NCBI GenBank assembly: GCA_051313645.2
Contig: JBNRSN020000006.1
Coordinates: 156,054,001 to 156,118,000, forward strand
Origin: Centroscyllium fabricii
Lineage: Eukaryota
DNA: 64,000 nt
Direction of reading: 5' to 3'
The stretch's first letter is position 1. Every line of letters begins with the position of its first letter. The notes under the pieces are model-generated. The model made no database searches. It was not told the origin of the DNA and was given only the letters and a program-made list of their open reading frames with translations. Both the position numbers and the translations under genes were made by a program. Positions 34,822 to 47,229 of the stretch are shown here, piece after piece.

Positions 34822-37800
34822 GGGGGGAATTTTCGTGTAATGGCGGGAAACTGGCGGGAATTGGGCAGGCCGGGTTTTTGGCCCACCCAATTAAGTGGCG
34901 CGGATTCCCACGCAATTTTCGTGCAACCATCGAATTAATTCCCCACATGTGGGAAGCCTTCCCAATCAGCGATTTCCAGTCAGAAAGTCGCACAGTATGA
35001 CGTCAGGATTCGGGTTGTCTTTAAAAAAACAGCTCTCCTCCCGCACTGCTCAGAGCTCTGAATCCTTCAACAGGATGGCAAAGCGTGAGGGTGCTGCAGC
35101 GGGCAGCGCCAGGGGATGACCCACCCCCAAATTTGATGATGCATCCCTCGTGCATTGCTCGAGGGGGCAACTACCCATAGGGAGGTTCTCTTCCCCTCCT
35201 CAGGGAGGAAGAGACCTCCCTCACAGACCAAGGCTGCATGGAAGCAGGTGGCTGAGGGGCTCAGCGCCTTGGGCGCAACAACCTTCATGACCTTCATTGT
35301 ACCGCCAGAGTAAGTATTCATCTCCCCTCACCCTCAATCTCATCCCCCTCACCACTCCTCACCATAACTTATCTTCACCTCTACCTTCCTCCACATCCCA
35401 CTTGCCCATCACCTCCAAGCAACCTCACCCATTCTCCTTCTCTATCTATGCTCACACTCACGGTACTTTCCCTCCATTCAGCCCTCACACTCCCACTCAC
35501 TCTCATGCTTGCTGCACATCTGGAACCACACAGGGAGAGCCTTTGGTCTTGCAGGCTCATTGTATGTTTGTCACCCTGCATCAAACTTTGATGCTCACTC
35601 GCTGCACCAACTCCTTCCTTCTCACTCAACCTCCACTTCTCTCCCTCATTGCAGGAGAAGACAGCCGCCAACAAGCGGCACAGCGCCGGGACCGGAGGAG
35701 GACCCCCCACCATCCAGCAGCTCACCACCTGGGAAGAGGCAGTGCTGGACCTCATTGATGAGGGGCAAGCCCCGGGAGTGGGTGACGGCGAAGCAGGCAG
35801 GCAATCTGGAGATGGTGACACCATGGTTTAATTATGTATCTTAAAACTAACACATGAGACTGGCACAATGAATGTAAAAGCACTGCAGAGGCAGCTCTGC
35901 TCAGCCATGAATGCTATCTGTATGTAACGTTGCTGACATATCTGTAACCTATGCCTTTACTGCCCCACAGGGCCAGCCGCCGATGTTCAGAGAACCATAC
36001 CTCCTCACCAGACCGCCCCTGTCCAGTCCTCAGAGGAACCTGCCACCTCTGAGGGTGCACCGTCAGCACCACACACTCCACCCGGCACCAACGCAGATAA
36101 TAGCACCTCGGTGGGCCCCCCTAGAGCTACATGTAACTTGTCACCGGGTGATTCAGACAGCACTAGTGAGCCTCAGCAGATTGTGGAGACAGGGACAGCA
36201 GTGCAGGGTCCTAGTCGGAGGGCGCAGGACTCTGCCAGCTTAGCTGAGCTGCGTGTAGACACAGCGCCTTTGGATCGATCAGGCAGAGGACACATGATGG
36301 GACTCCAGACACAGATGCAGGAGTCTCTGACAGGTTTTGTCTCCCAGGTAGCTGCGAGTGTCATGCGAACGGAGGAGTCTGTCGCAAGCATTTGAAGCGA
36401 CCTTGCGCAGTCAGTGGCGCACGATCGCATCACCATGGAAAGGATGGCAACCACCATGGAAAGGATGTCGAGCACGATGGAAAGGATGGCGAACACCATG
36501 GATAGGATAGCGACCGTGGACAAGAGGATGTCCATGGTCATCGAGTACATAAGTCGCCAGTCTTTCGAAGACATGGGGAGTGTTCAGAATCGAGTCACAT
36601 CTCTTGAGCAGCGATTGGCATCTGTTGAGCACAGGAACCAGACCTTCGTGGAAGTACCTCTCAGTAGGACATCCACTGCAGATACGAGTCCCCATGGCCC
36701 CCCTGAAGTGCACCAAGCTGCTGTCCAGCCACTTGCTGGCGCTGAGGTGGAGGTGACTCATGAGAGGGAGGTTGGTGGTGCAGCTGCAGGAAGTGGGGGC
36801 TCCTCTCCAAGCGCTCCCACGTCCACACCACTGCAGAGCCCTCAGTCAGAGGCCCGCCGAAGTCTCCATGAACCTGACATGGAAGTCTCATACCCTGCCC
36901 AGCCACAGGAGCAGCAGACTGGTAGCGAGCCCCCACCGGCTCGCCGCCCCAGAGGACGACCGCCAAAGGTGTCCACACAGGAGCAGCAGGGCACTCAGCA
37001 GGGAGGCTCGACATCTGCTGACACCACAGGGACAGCATGACGTAGGAGCACTCGTAAAAGAACCAGTAAACACCCTTAGGCACAATGGGAGTCACTTGGG
37101 TGTTAGTGTTACTTAGGTCTCCAAAGCAGTGGTCGCACACCAGACCACTGCAGGTGCCTCCTGATGCAGTTGTCATGTCTGACATCTTGCAAATGGCCCT
37201 TCCACATTGAAACCTTATGCAGACTGGACAGCAATCGGGCAGGCCTCACAGATATGCAACGATGCTGACGCAACATGGCAGAAGGACTTACAGCAGGACG
37301 AATGACATTCAACAGCAGGGTGCAGCTGAATGGTTAGCAACGAAGGTCCTTGAAACCGGCCTACCCTCATGGGGACGCACACGAGCAAACAGAGGGACTG
37401 TATGACCAATGTGTGGACCAAAGGATGATCAGGTTAACTGAACAAGCCACAATGATTGACAATGGATATGAAGTTGCAACTTCAAAAGTGGGCTGGCGGA
37501 GGTGCAGCATTGCTGATAATGACATTTTGACTGTTTCAACCTGCATGTCTGCATCTGAGATGGCTGGGACATCATTAATGTAGTGAGTCATAAGTGCTGG
37601 TCATCAGTTGAACAACCGTGCATGTGGCCATGTTTGCTTAATGTATGTACTAAACAGCATGTTGCAGTTGCAACCTTTTGTTTCTGTGTTCATTATTGCA
37701 TGTGATGGTTGGGTGGCAGCATGTTCATCAAAGGAATGTGTGGTGCGTCAGGGGCGTGGCTGGGGTCGAGCGGCAGCAACCCCGTCCTCCTTCTCCTGTA

Positions 37801-38654
37801 CCTCCTCCTCTTCTTCCTCCTCCTCCTCTTCTTCCTCCTCCTCATCTGAGGACAATATGCGAGGAGGCAGGTCTTGGTATGGAGGTTGCAAGCCACGGCG
37901 CTGGGCCATGTTGTGAAGTTGACAGCATACCAGTACCATTGTGGAGACCCTGTTTGGGGGGTATCTTCTGCGGTGACGACCTCGGATGCGCCGATGCCTT
38001 CTGGGTCATGCTGCCCCCGGATGGTCCGCAGGAGCATCAGGCTCCTGGTGTGGCTGTTGCTGTTGCTGCTGTAGCCGCATCTGCTCCTGGTAGAGATCAT
38101 GCAATCCCAAGAAGGGAAGGAAGAAAACGGCTCCCATGGCTGTGCTGGCAGCCTCGGCTGAGGAAGCACTGACTGAGGGGTGGGGGTTTCCCAGGTCACA
38201 CTGCAGAAGTGTTAGAGGATTCAACCTTCCACAGGTGTGCTGAAGGCTCTTGCTAATATCCCCTGGACTGAGACAACAATGTGTTTGGGCAAACGAATGA
38301 TGGCTGATTAAATGTCAGCCCTCATTAAGTGACCAGAGACAGATACTCAGCAGTCCCACGCAGTTCACACAAGGGTTTCACCTGGTGGGCTTTATCTTGG
38401 CGGGTTTTGTGCGTGAAATGCACGGAAATGGTGATGGGCCACCAAAATGGCATTACTAATGCCAATCAAGGGCCCTTAACGAGCTAAACAAGCATCCCCG
38501 CCGGGCGCCGGCGGCATGGAATCGGGGCGGCAAAAAAATCGGGACGAAAATTTGAAACCGGCGGGAAACGGGCAGGCTTGGGCGGGAACCAAAAATGTCA
38601 AATTTTCATCTCTCGCCCGCCCAAAACCCCGCCCGCCCCACGAAAATTACCCCC
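34822..38654. mobile_element. Internally deleted copy of the Harbinger at 14910-20419
   Basis: 16-bp TIR GGGGGGAATTTTCGTG / CACGAAAATTACCCCC (15/16), exact TSD TAC; Myb gene at about 35075-37040 disrupted; transposase core deleted. Confidence 0.93.
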
Positions 38655-38657
38655 TAC

Positions 38658-38707
38658 CAGTCTAGGTTATTTGACATAGTTACTGCCCTGTTAGACCAAA
38701 CCTCCAA
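38658..38707 (+). pseudogene. RN7SK: Continuation of the 7SK-derived sequence after the Harbinger insertion
   Basis: cagtctaggttatt..tagttactgccctgttagaccaaacctccaa aligns to 7SK CGGTCAAGGGTATACGAGTAGCTGCGCTCCCCTGCTAGAACCTCCAAA. Confidence 0.65.
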
Positions 38708-39365
38708 GGAATCAATCTCTGGTCAGACTATACTTTATAGTTCTGGTCACCGAGACATAGGGAAGCATTCAGGCCTTGGCGAAAGGGCAGAGAAGAACTA
38801 AGCTGATTTTTAGTCTTAGAGGTCCAAGTTATGAAGAAAGACTAGAGAAAATAAGAACATAAGATCTAGGAGCAGGAGCAGGCCATTCGGCCCCTCAAGT
38901 CTGCTCTGCCATTTAATGAGATCATGGCTGATCTGATTTTGGCCTCAACTCCACTTTCCTACCTATTCCGCATAACCCTTGACTCCTCTGTTGCTCAAAA
39001 ATCTGTTTATCTCAGCCTTGAATATATTCAATGACTCAGCTTCCACAGCTCTCTGGGGTAAAAAATTCCAAAGATTCACAGCCCGCTGAGAAAATAAATT
39101 CCTCCTCATCTCCATCTTAAATGGGTGACCCCTTATTCTGAAATTATGCCCCCTCATTCTAGATTCCCTGACGAGGGAAACATCCTCTCAGCATCTACCC
39201 TGTCCAACTCCCTCAGAAACTTATGTGTTTCAATAAGATCACCTCTCATTCTTCTAAACTCCAATGAGTATAGACCCAACCTGCTCAACCTTTCCCCATA
39301 AGTCAACCCTTCCACCCTAGGAATCAACCCAGTGAACCTTCTCTGAACTGCCTCCAATGCAAGTG

Positions 39366-39761
39366 CAGGAAACTCTTTGGTATCTGGCACCAACGGGACT
39401 GGGATGGTGCCGGTTGATTAGAAATTCCAAATAAGGAAGAAGGGACATGGAGTGACAATGGCCCAAGGTACGAGCGCCCCGTCACACAATCACAAGTGCT
39501 GGAGCCCCGTAACACAATCAGAGGTGCTCGAGCCCCGTAACACAATCAGAGGTGCTGGGTCCCGTAACACAATCAGAGGTGCTGGAACCCCATAACACAA
39601 CCACAAGTGTAGGAGCCATGGTTACACGACAAAAGGTACAAGATCCCCAGTTATACAGCCGCAATTATACAGTATAGGGAAGCCTCAAAACCTACTCCTG
39701 AATTTTGCCAGTTATTGGAGAATTCCAGATAATTAGGTGTCGTTTAAACGAGAGTTTCCTG
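39366..39761. mobile_element. Tc1/mariner-pogo-type MITE containing a 30-bp tandem array
   Basis: Perfect 11-bp TIR CAGGAAACTCT / AGAGTTTCCTG, inserted at a TA of the CR1 (left copy TG); units gagccccgtaacacaatcagaggtgct at about 39470-39660. Confidence 0.72.
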
Positions 39762-40131
39762 TATCTCCCTCCTTTATTAAGGGGACCAAAACTGTACGCA
39801 GTACTCTAGGTGTGGTCTCACCAGCGCCCTGTACAGTTGTAGCAAAACGTCCTTACGTTTATACTCTATCCCCCTTGAAAGAAAAGCCAACATTCCATTT
39901 GCCTTCCTAATTACTTGCTGCACCTGCATGTTAACTTTTTGTGTTTCATGTACGAGGACACCGAGATCCCTCTGTACTGCCGCATTCTGTAGTCTCTCTC
40001 TATTTAAATAATATTTTTCTTTTCTATTCTATCTAACAAAGTGGATAACTTCACATTTTTCCACATTATACTCCATCTGCCAAATTTTTGCCCACTCATT
40101 TAACCTGTCTATATCCCTTTGCAGACTCTTT

Positions 40132-40879
40132 GAGGGCTAAATTGGCGGTCTAGCGCCGGCCCGTAGCGCTAATCGGGCGCTACAGAATTAGTGCTACAGA
40201 TCGCGCCCAGCGCTAAATTCAGCTGAGCGGTAAGTTGGGGGCTAACTGGTAGCGCCCCAACTAATTTAGCGCCCAGTTGGACATCAGGAGTAACGTCATC
40301 AGGCCACGCAGCGCCTGGGAGGTGCCTGCGGCTGAAATTGGGCGGCTCCTGTTGATTTATCACGGCGCTCTGCCCGCGCCAGCTTTCTGCAGCCCTAACA
40401 GCAGCGCTGGAGCGCTGCATAAAGGGGAGTGTGGCAGTCGGCCATTTTTATTGCTGGCCGACCGCCAGCACCTTCTCCCTCGGCCTCCCCCAGCCTCCCT
40501 CGCTGCTCCTCCGGTGGGGTCAGGCCTCCGTCAGCTGAGCCCGGCACTTCCCTCCAGTGCTGGGCTCCTTCTCCTGTTCCCTCGGCGACCCCGCGGGGTT
40601 CCGGCTGCAGCCGCACTAGGCCCCTCCCCTTTAATCAGGGAGGAAAGCCTGCCGTACCGCGGGCCGTCGCTACACGCTCGTTGGCGCAGCGTTGCGCCCA
40701 CGCCCCAGTATTTGGCTGCCTCGCACCAAGAGTGAGGCAGCCCGCCCGATTTAGCGACCACCCATAATGGGCGATGCCGGCCAATTTTGGCCTATTTAGC
40801 GCCAGCTCATCGCTGCCGCTAAAAATAGCGCATCGCCTGGGTCAGCGCCACAAAGTGTGTGCTGACCAATTTAGCCGCC
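40132..40879. mobile_element. Harbinger-type MITE
   Basis: GAGGGCTAAATTGG / CCAATTTAGCCGCC termini; exact TSD TTT; the CR1 reads through when it is removed. Confidence 0.85.
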
Positions 40880-41504
40880 TTTATGTCCTCATCACAACTT
40901 GCTTTTCCACTTATCTTTGTATCGTCCACAAATGTGGCTACAAATACACTTGTTTCCTTCATCCAAGTCATTAATATAGATTGAAAACAGTTGAGGCCCC
41001 AGCACTGATCCCTGTGGCACCCCACTAGTTACAGAGTGCCATCCTGAAAATGACCCATTTATTCCGATTCTCTGTTTTCTGTCAGTTAACCAATTCTCTA
41101 TCGCATCTAATATATTACCCCCAGCACCGTGAGCTCTTATCTTATGCAGTAACCTTTTATGTGGCACCTTGTCGAATGCCTTTTCGAAATCCAAATACAT
41201 TACATCTACTGGTTCCCCTTTATCCACCCACTCGTTACCTCCTCAAAGAACTCTAATAGATTTGTCAAACATGATTTCCCTTTCATAAAACCATGTTGAC
41301 TCTGTTTGATTGTATTATGATTTTCTAAATGCCCTGCTACTACTTCTTTAATAATGGATTCGAGCATTTTGCCAACGACAGATGTTAGGCTAACTGGCCT
41401 ATAGTTTCCTGCTTTCTGTCTCCCTCCTATTTTGAATAACTTTTCCAGAGTCATGGGAATTTTGGAAGATTACAACCAATGCATCCACTATCTCTGCAGC
41501 CAAA

Positions 41505-42762
41505 AGCTAAATCATGCTTGACTAATCTATTGGAATTTTTTGAGGATGTAACTGGGAAAATAGATAAGGGAGAACCAGTAGATGTGGTGTATTTGGACTT
41601 TCAAAAGGCTTTCGATAAGGTCCCGCATAAGAGATTAGCGTGTAAAGTTAAGGCACATGGGATTGGGGGCAAGGTATTGACTTGGATAGAGAACTAGTTG
41701 GTGGACAGAAAGCAGAGGGTTGGAATTAACGGGTCTTTTTCCGAGTGGCAGGCAATCGGTCCTTGGACCCCAGTTATTCACAATACATATTAATGATCTA
41801 GATAAGGGAACTAGATGTAATATCTCCAAGTTTGCAGATGACACAAAGCTAGGTGGGCATGTGTGCTGCGAGGAGGATACCGGGAAACTCCAGGATGATT
41901 TGGACAGGTTGGGTGATTGGGCAGAAACGTGGCAGATGCAATATAACGTGGATAAATGCGAGGTTATCCACTTTGGTATCAAAAACAGAAAGGCAGACTA
42001 TTATCTGAATGGCAATAGATTGGGAGAAGGGAAAGTGCAACGAGACCTGTGTGTCCTTGTGCACCAGTCGCTGAAGGTAAGCATGCAAGTGCAGCAGACG
42101 GTGAAGAAGGCAAATGGTATGTTGGCCTTCATAGCGAAAGGGTTTGAGTACAGGAACAAGGATATCCTGCTGCAATTGTACAGGGCCTTGGTGAGACCAC
42201 ACCTTGAGTACTGTGTGCAGTTTTGATTGCCTTATCTGAGGAAGGATGTTCTTGCCATGGAAGGAGTTCTGTGAAGATTCACAAGGCTGATACCTGAGAT
42301 GGCAGGAATGACGTATGAGGAGAGATTGGGTCGATTGGGCTTATACTCGCTAGAGTTTAGAAGAATGAGAGGGGATCTCATTGAAACTTATAAAATTCTG
42401 ACAGGTCTGGACAAACTAGATGCAGGAAGAATGTTCCTGATGGTCGAAGAGTCCAGAACCAGGGGTCATAGTCTAAGGATATGGGGTAAGCCATTTAGGA
42501 CAGAGATGAGGAGGAATTTCTTCACCCAGAGAGTGGTGAACCTGTGGAATTCTCTGCCACAGAGGGCAGTAGAGGCTAGTTCATTGAATATGTTCAAGAA
42601 GGAGCTGGATGTATTTCTTAAGGCTAAAGGGATCAAGGGATATGGGGAGAAGGCAGGGACAGGGTACTGAGTTTGGATGATCAGCCATGAAGTCATTGAA
42701 TGGCGGAGCAGGCTCGAGGGGCAGAATGGCCTATTCCTGCTCCTATCTTCTATGTTTCTGTG
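41505..42762 (+). mobile_element. CR1 LINE, 5' truncated
   Basis: [33 protein letters not shown]; tail ttctatgtttct. Confidence 0.92.
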
Positions 42763-44165
42763 TCCAGGGGAATTGGGCTATTCACCCTTGAAAGGAAATA
42801 TCTAGCAGGTGATATTACTGAGGTATATAAGATAATCGAGAGAATGGAAAATGTTAATCGGGAAAGCTACTTTAAATTAAATTGTAAGAATAGGTCAAGA
42901 GGCCACAGCTGCAAATTAATAAATGGCACAATTAGGACTGATATCAGGAAGTTCTTCTTCACACAAAGAGTGATTAACATATGGAATGGATTCCCAGACA
43001 GAGAGGTGGAGTTGAAAATCCTCAAGACATTTAAGAAACAATTAGATGTTGTAATGAGGGTCATTCTAATTGGAGGAATTAAGATAGGCCGAATGGCCTT
43101 CTTCATCCATCATTATCTTGTGATCTGAAGTAAAGTGCTTCAATACCATATGGATTTTAATTGTAGTGATTTTGATTTTATTTGACTATGTGATACTCAG
43201 CCTTTGTTATGTACTGGAAGGATGGGGAGTGGATGGTTTCAGATGATACTGTACATCGCAAGGGTGAAGCCTCAGAGGACTGGTAGTAATCCAAACTCAA
43301 AGACTGAATTGCCACTGTAATCCTCTGACACCTCTTCAGTACTTTTTGATGTTATCTGTTTAACTTCTGCTGTTGCTGCTGCTACCATTTTGCTGCTGCT
43401 TTCGGGTGATGATGAAAAATGGTGCAAAACCTCGCGGAATATTAGGTTTACATAGCATAGGACCTCTCAGAAATCAGGATTGTGGCTTCACAGAATATCT
43501 GGTACTCTTGGAGGGTGAATCACAGAAGAATTCAGAATCTTTTGTGTAACATAAGATGATATTTCAGCCAGCCCAACATTTTTTTTTAATGGTAACATAG
43601 ACCTGTTCTGAATTCACAGCAGCTTCTTCAAGTCATCATAAAACAGTTTATGTATTTAAGAATTATTACACTGAACATCAGTCATTGGTGTGAGATAGCT
43701 TTTGCCGCACACCGGTACAAGAATGAACAGTATAACTACAATTTAACTTTGTGAAAGTGACATGAGGAAATACATATGAACAAAGCTGCATATTGAAGTA
43801 CGCGTGTACGGAATTGGTAATTAAAATAACCATGAATGTGCATGGGGAACTATGCACTGAGGTACACAGGACTGGAGCTGTGTATTACAGAACTCATGAA
43901 CACAGCCAGGTAGTAAAGTCTACATACATAGAGTTGGTTCTTTCAGTAGAAATGAACAGAGGTATGCATTAAAGTACCTGTGCACAGAACTGCACATGGA
44001 AGTACAGGTACCTGTATACATATACAGAGCTGTATTTTGCCAAAGGGAGCTGTGCAGGCAGGACAAAATAATTCCTCACTGTCCACTTGCCCTGCTCTCA
44101 AAATAGCACCAGAATCAAGCTGGTGCACGGACTGTAACTGCAGAAAATACTAAGATAAAGTTATA

Positions 44166-45080
44166 ATGCGGAGGTGCCGGTGTTGGACTGGGGTGGACAA
44201 ATGCAAAAAGTCACACAACACCAGGTTTAAAGTCCAACGTTTTATTTTAAATCACAAGCTTTCGGAGCTTTTGCCCCTTCGTCAGGTGAAAGAGAAACTA
44301 AAGTCAAAGATCACACACATGGGGGAGGGGAGAAATTTGATCCCATACATCCAACCCTAGAGCACACAAGCATATTAGCATACCTTAACACCTCAGTCTG
44401 CGAACAATGGGGCACAATTGCAAAACACAGAGTGATTTTTTTTCCCTTCTTTAAAGCAAAAAAGACACATCAAAAGGGTGCAGTCACAGGGCCTAACGCT
44501 AGTCTGCTGTAAATCCCACAGAATTACTTTTTTTATATAAAAAAGCCGAAGATGGTTCGGGTCTGGACGACTCCACGCCAGGCGGGGTCACATGTAGCGT
44601 GACATAAACCCAATATCATGGTTGAGGCCGTGCTCATGGGTGCGGAACTTGGCAATCAGCCTCTGCTCGACGATTTTGCGTTGTCGTGTATCTTGAAGGC
44701 CACCCTGGAGAATGCTCACCCGAAGATCGGAAGCTGAATGTCCTTGACTGCTGAAATGTTCCCCGACTGGGAGGGAACATTCCTGCCTGGCGATTGTTGC
44801 GCGGTGCCCGTTCATCCGTTGTCGTAGTGTCTGCATGGTCTCGCCGATGTACCATGCGCCGGAGCATCCTTTCCTGCAACGTATGAGGTAGACAACATTG
44901 GTCGAGTTACATGAGTATGTGCCATGTACCTGGTGTGTTGTGTCCTCACGTGTGATGATTGTATCTGTGCTGATGATTCAGCACGTTTTGCAGAGGTTGC
45001 TGTGGCAGGGTTGTGTGGTGTCGTGGTTGCTGTTCTCCTGAAGGCTGGGTAATTTGCTGCGAACTATAGTCTGTTTGAGG
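44166..45080 (-). mobile_element. Penelope-like element 3' part: GIY-YIG endonuclease and terminal hammerhead (44253-44288)
   Basis: Minus strand reads ..PCHSNLCKTC..YSCNSTNVVYLIRCRKGCSGAWYIGETMQTLRQRMNGHR..PVGEHF..EQRLIAKFRT..GLN; hammerhead CAC-CTGACGA-AGGGGC..GCTCC-GAAA-GCTT-GTG. Confidence 0.88.
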
Positions 45081-46082
45081 TCACTGATTTTCTTTTTGTA
45101 CCTTTATAGTGACTTTGAGACACAGTTTAAATATTTCTTAGGTAACGATTACCGGCAAGCTCATTGTACATTATGAGACGTTCCTCACCAGTGAAAGCTA
45201 TAATGTTACATGACATGATATACCTAGCTCCACATCGGCTGACTGGGTAATTCATGAATAATGGAGCAAAAGAAAACAGACCACCCTGTAAATTACTGTA
45301 ATTTTTTTTAAACTAGGTTAAACTGAATTCTGTTTGACCCTGAGCTGAGCTTCCAATCTTATATTCTATTATTCACCAAGACTGCCTACTTCCACCTCTG
45401 AAGCATCATTCCACTCCGCCCTTAACTCTTTTGACTTTACCTTCAGTCACCTTCCCTAACCAACCCACCATTGATCTGCATTCATTTTCTCCTCTGTAAA
45501 GCACGTTTTACTACCTTAAAGGTGCTTTATAAATACAAGTTGTTATTATTATTATGAAATACACCTCCACAAATTGCTGCATTTCGGGTTCAATTTCTCC
45601 AAGTTGTGCTGTGCTCTCAGTATTCATCAGAGTCTATTTTAGTAACTTCTGAACCTATTGGTTTTCAGTCGATAAAGCTAACAAAAACAAATCCTATTCC
45701 AACTAATCTGTTTATTCATATAAAAACAGAAAATGCTGGAAATACTCAGCAGGTCAGGCAGCATCTGCAGAGAGAAAAAGAGAGTTAACATTTCAGGTCG
45801 ATGACCCTTGGTCGTTTATTCATATCATTGAAATTTATTTTAAGTTATTTAAGTTTTCTTAAATAAGAAAACAACATCAAGTAGTTTGTTATAGGCTTAA
45901 GAAATAAATCTTGGGGCCAGAAGGATGTGATTTTGAACTACAGGAATGTCATCTGTTGCCACATTTGAAGATTATTCCAGTGATGTGTCACTAGCTATGA
46001 TGGGAACAATTAGTGTACCATTGTGGTACAGTCCACCTCCCTGTAACTCACTGCTGCAGAGACAGCCATAAAGCTCCCGATA

Positions 46083-46980
46083 ATCATAGAATCATAGAAA
46101 TTTTACAGTGCGGATAAGGGCCATTCGGCCCATCCAGTCAGCACCGGCCCAGAAAAACTCCTCACTGTTCTAACCCCAGTTGCCCGCACCTGGCCCATAA
46201 CCCTGTATGTTATGGTCCTTCATGTGCTGGTCCAAGTATTTTTTAAATGTTGTGATGGTTCCTGCCTCCACCACCCTCACAGGCAGGGAGTTCCAGTCTT
46301 CCACCACCCTCTGGGTAAAGAAATTTCTCCTTACCTCCCCCCTAAACCTCCCCCCCCTGATCTTGAATCTATGTCCCCTAGTGCTTGACTCTCCCACCAG
46401 GGGAAACAATGCCCCTTTGTCTACCCTATCGTGTCCCCTCATGATCTTGTACACCTCAATCATGTCACCCCTCCACCTTCTTTTCTCCAAGGCAAACAAC
46501 CCCAGCCTGTCCAGCCTTTCCTCGTAGCATAGGTCCGCCAGACCAGGTATCATCCTGGTAAACCTTCTCTGCACCCTCTCCAGGGCAGCCACATCCTTCC
46601 TGTAGTGCGGTGACCAGAACTGCACACAGTACTCCAGCTGAGGTCTCACCAGTGTGTTATACAGGTTTAACATTACCTCCCTACTTTTGTATACTATGCC
46701 CTGGTTAATAAAGGCGAGAATTCCGTATGCCTTCTTAACCACCTTGTTAACGTGTCCAGCAACCTTCAGGGAGCTGTGCACCTGTACCCCCAGGTCCCTC
46801 TGCTCCTCGGTCCTATTTAACGTTTTGTTGTTCATGGTATATTCCCTTACCCCATTTGGTCTACCGAATTGAATGACCTCGCATTTCTCTGGGTTGAACT
46901 CCATTTGCCATTTTTCTGCCCAATTAACCATTATATCTATATCCTCCTGAAGCCCCTTACTATCCTCATCGTTGTTTACC
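46083..46980 (-). mobile_element. CR1 LINE 3' fragment with uninterrupted reading frame
   Basis: 282-aa ORF with WAEKWQMEFNPEKC, LVRPQLEYCVQFWSP and TRGH; tail (TTCTATGA)n. Confidence 0.92.
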
Positions 46981-47229
46981 ATGAAGCATGTACTGTGACA
47001 AGGATCCATTGACTTCAATCACCAGCTGTGTAGAGCCATATGGGAAAAGAAGGTAGTAGTACCAACTGATCAGTGAGAGGACAGACCTGATGGTAACAGT
47101 TACACACTGCAGAGCCAGAGAGATGAATTTCCATCAGAGGTTAGCGGCAGTACTACCGGGTATTCCCCCGATCTTCTGCACCCTGAGATCATGATGTCAT
47201 CATTGTGTTGATTAGGCTTATATTCAGGA

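Larger units (their letters stand above)
38851..41500 (-). mobile_element. CR1 LINE, 5' truncated, with two nested MITEs
   Basis: [36 protein letters not shown]; tail taagaacataaga. Confidence 0.9.
38708..43125 (+). mobile_element. Old CR1 3' end in two pieces (38708-38850 and 42771-43125), split by younger CR1 insertions
   Basis: Piece 1 reads SLVR..FWSP..IQALAKGQRR.TKLI..LRGPSYEERLEK. Piece 2 continues IGLFTLERKYLAGDITEVYKI..RSRGH..FFTQRVINIWN, then a CR1-type 3' UTR (ggccgaatggcc). Confidence 0.75.

Noticed and set aside
39470-39660. CRISPR-like array
   Set aside because: Contiguous tandem units with no unique spacers, no cas genes, and vertebrate context.
38851-42762. Single twin-primed (5'-inverted) LINE insertion
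   Set aside because: Both halves have their own 3' tails, belong to different CR1 subfamilies and overlap in RT coverage, so they are two insertions.
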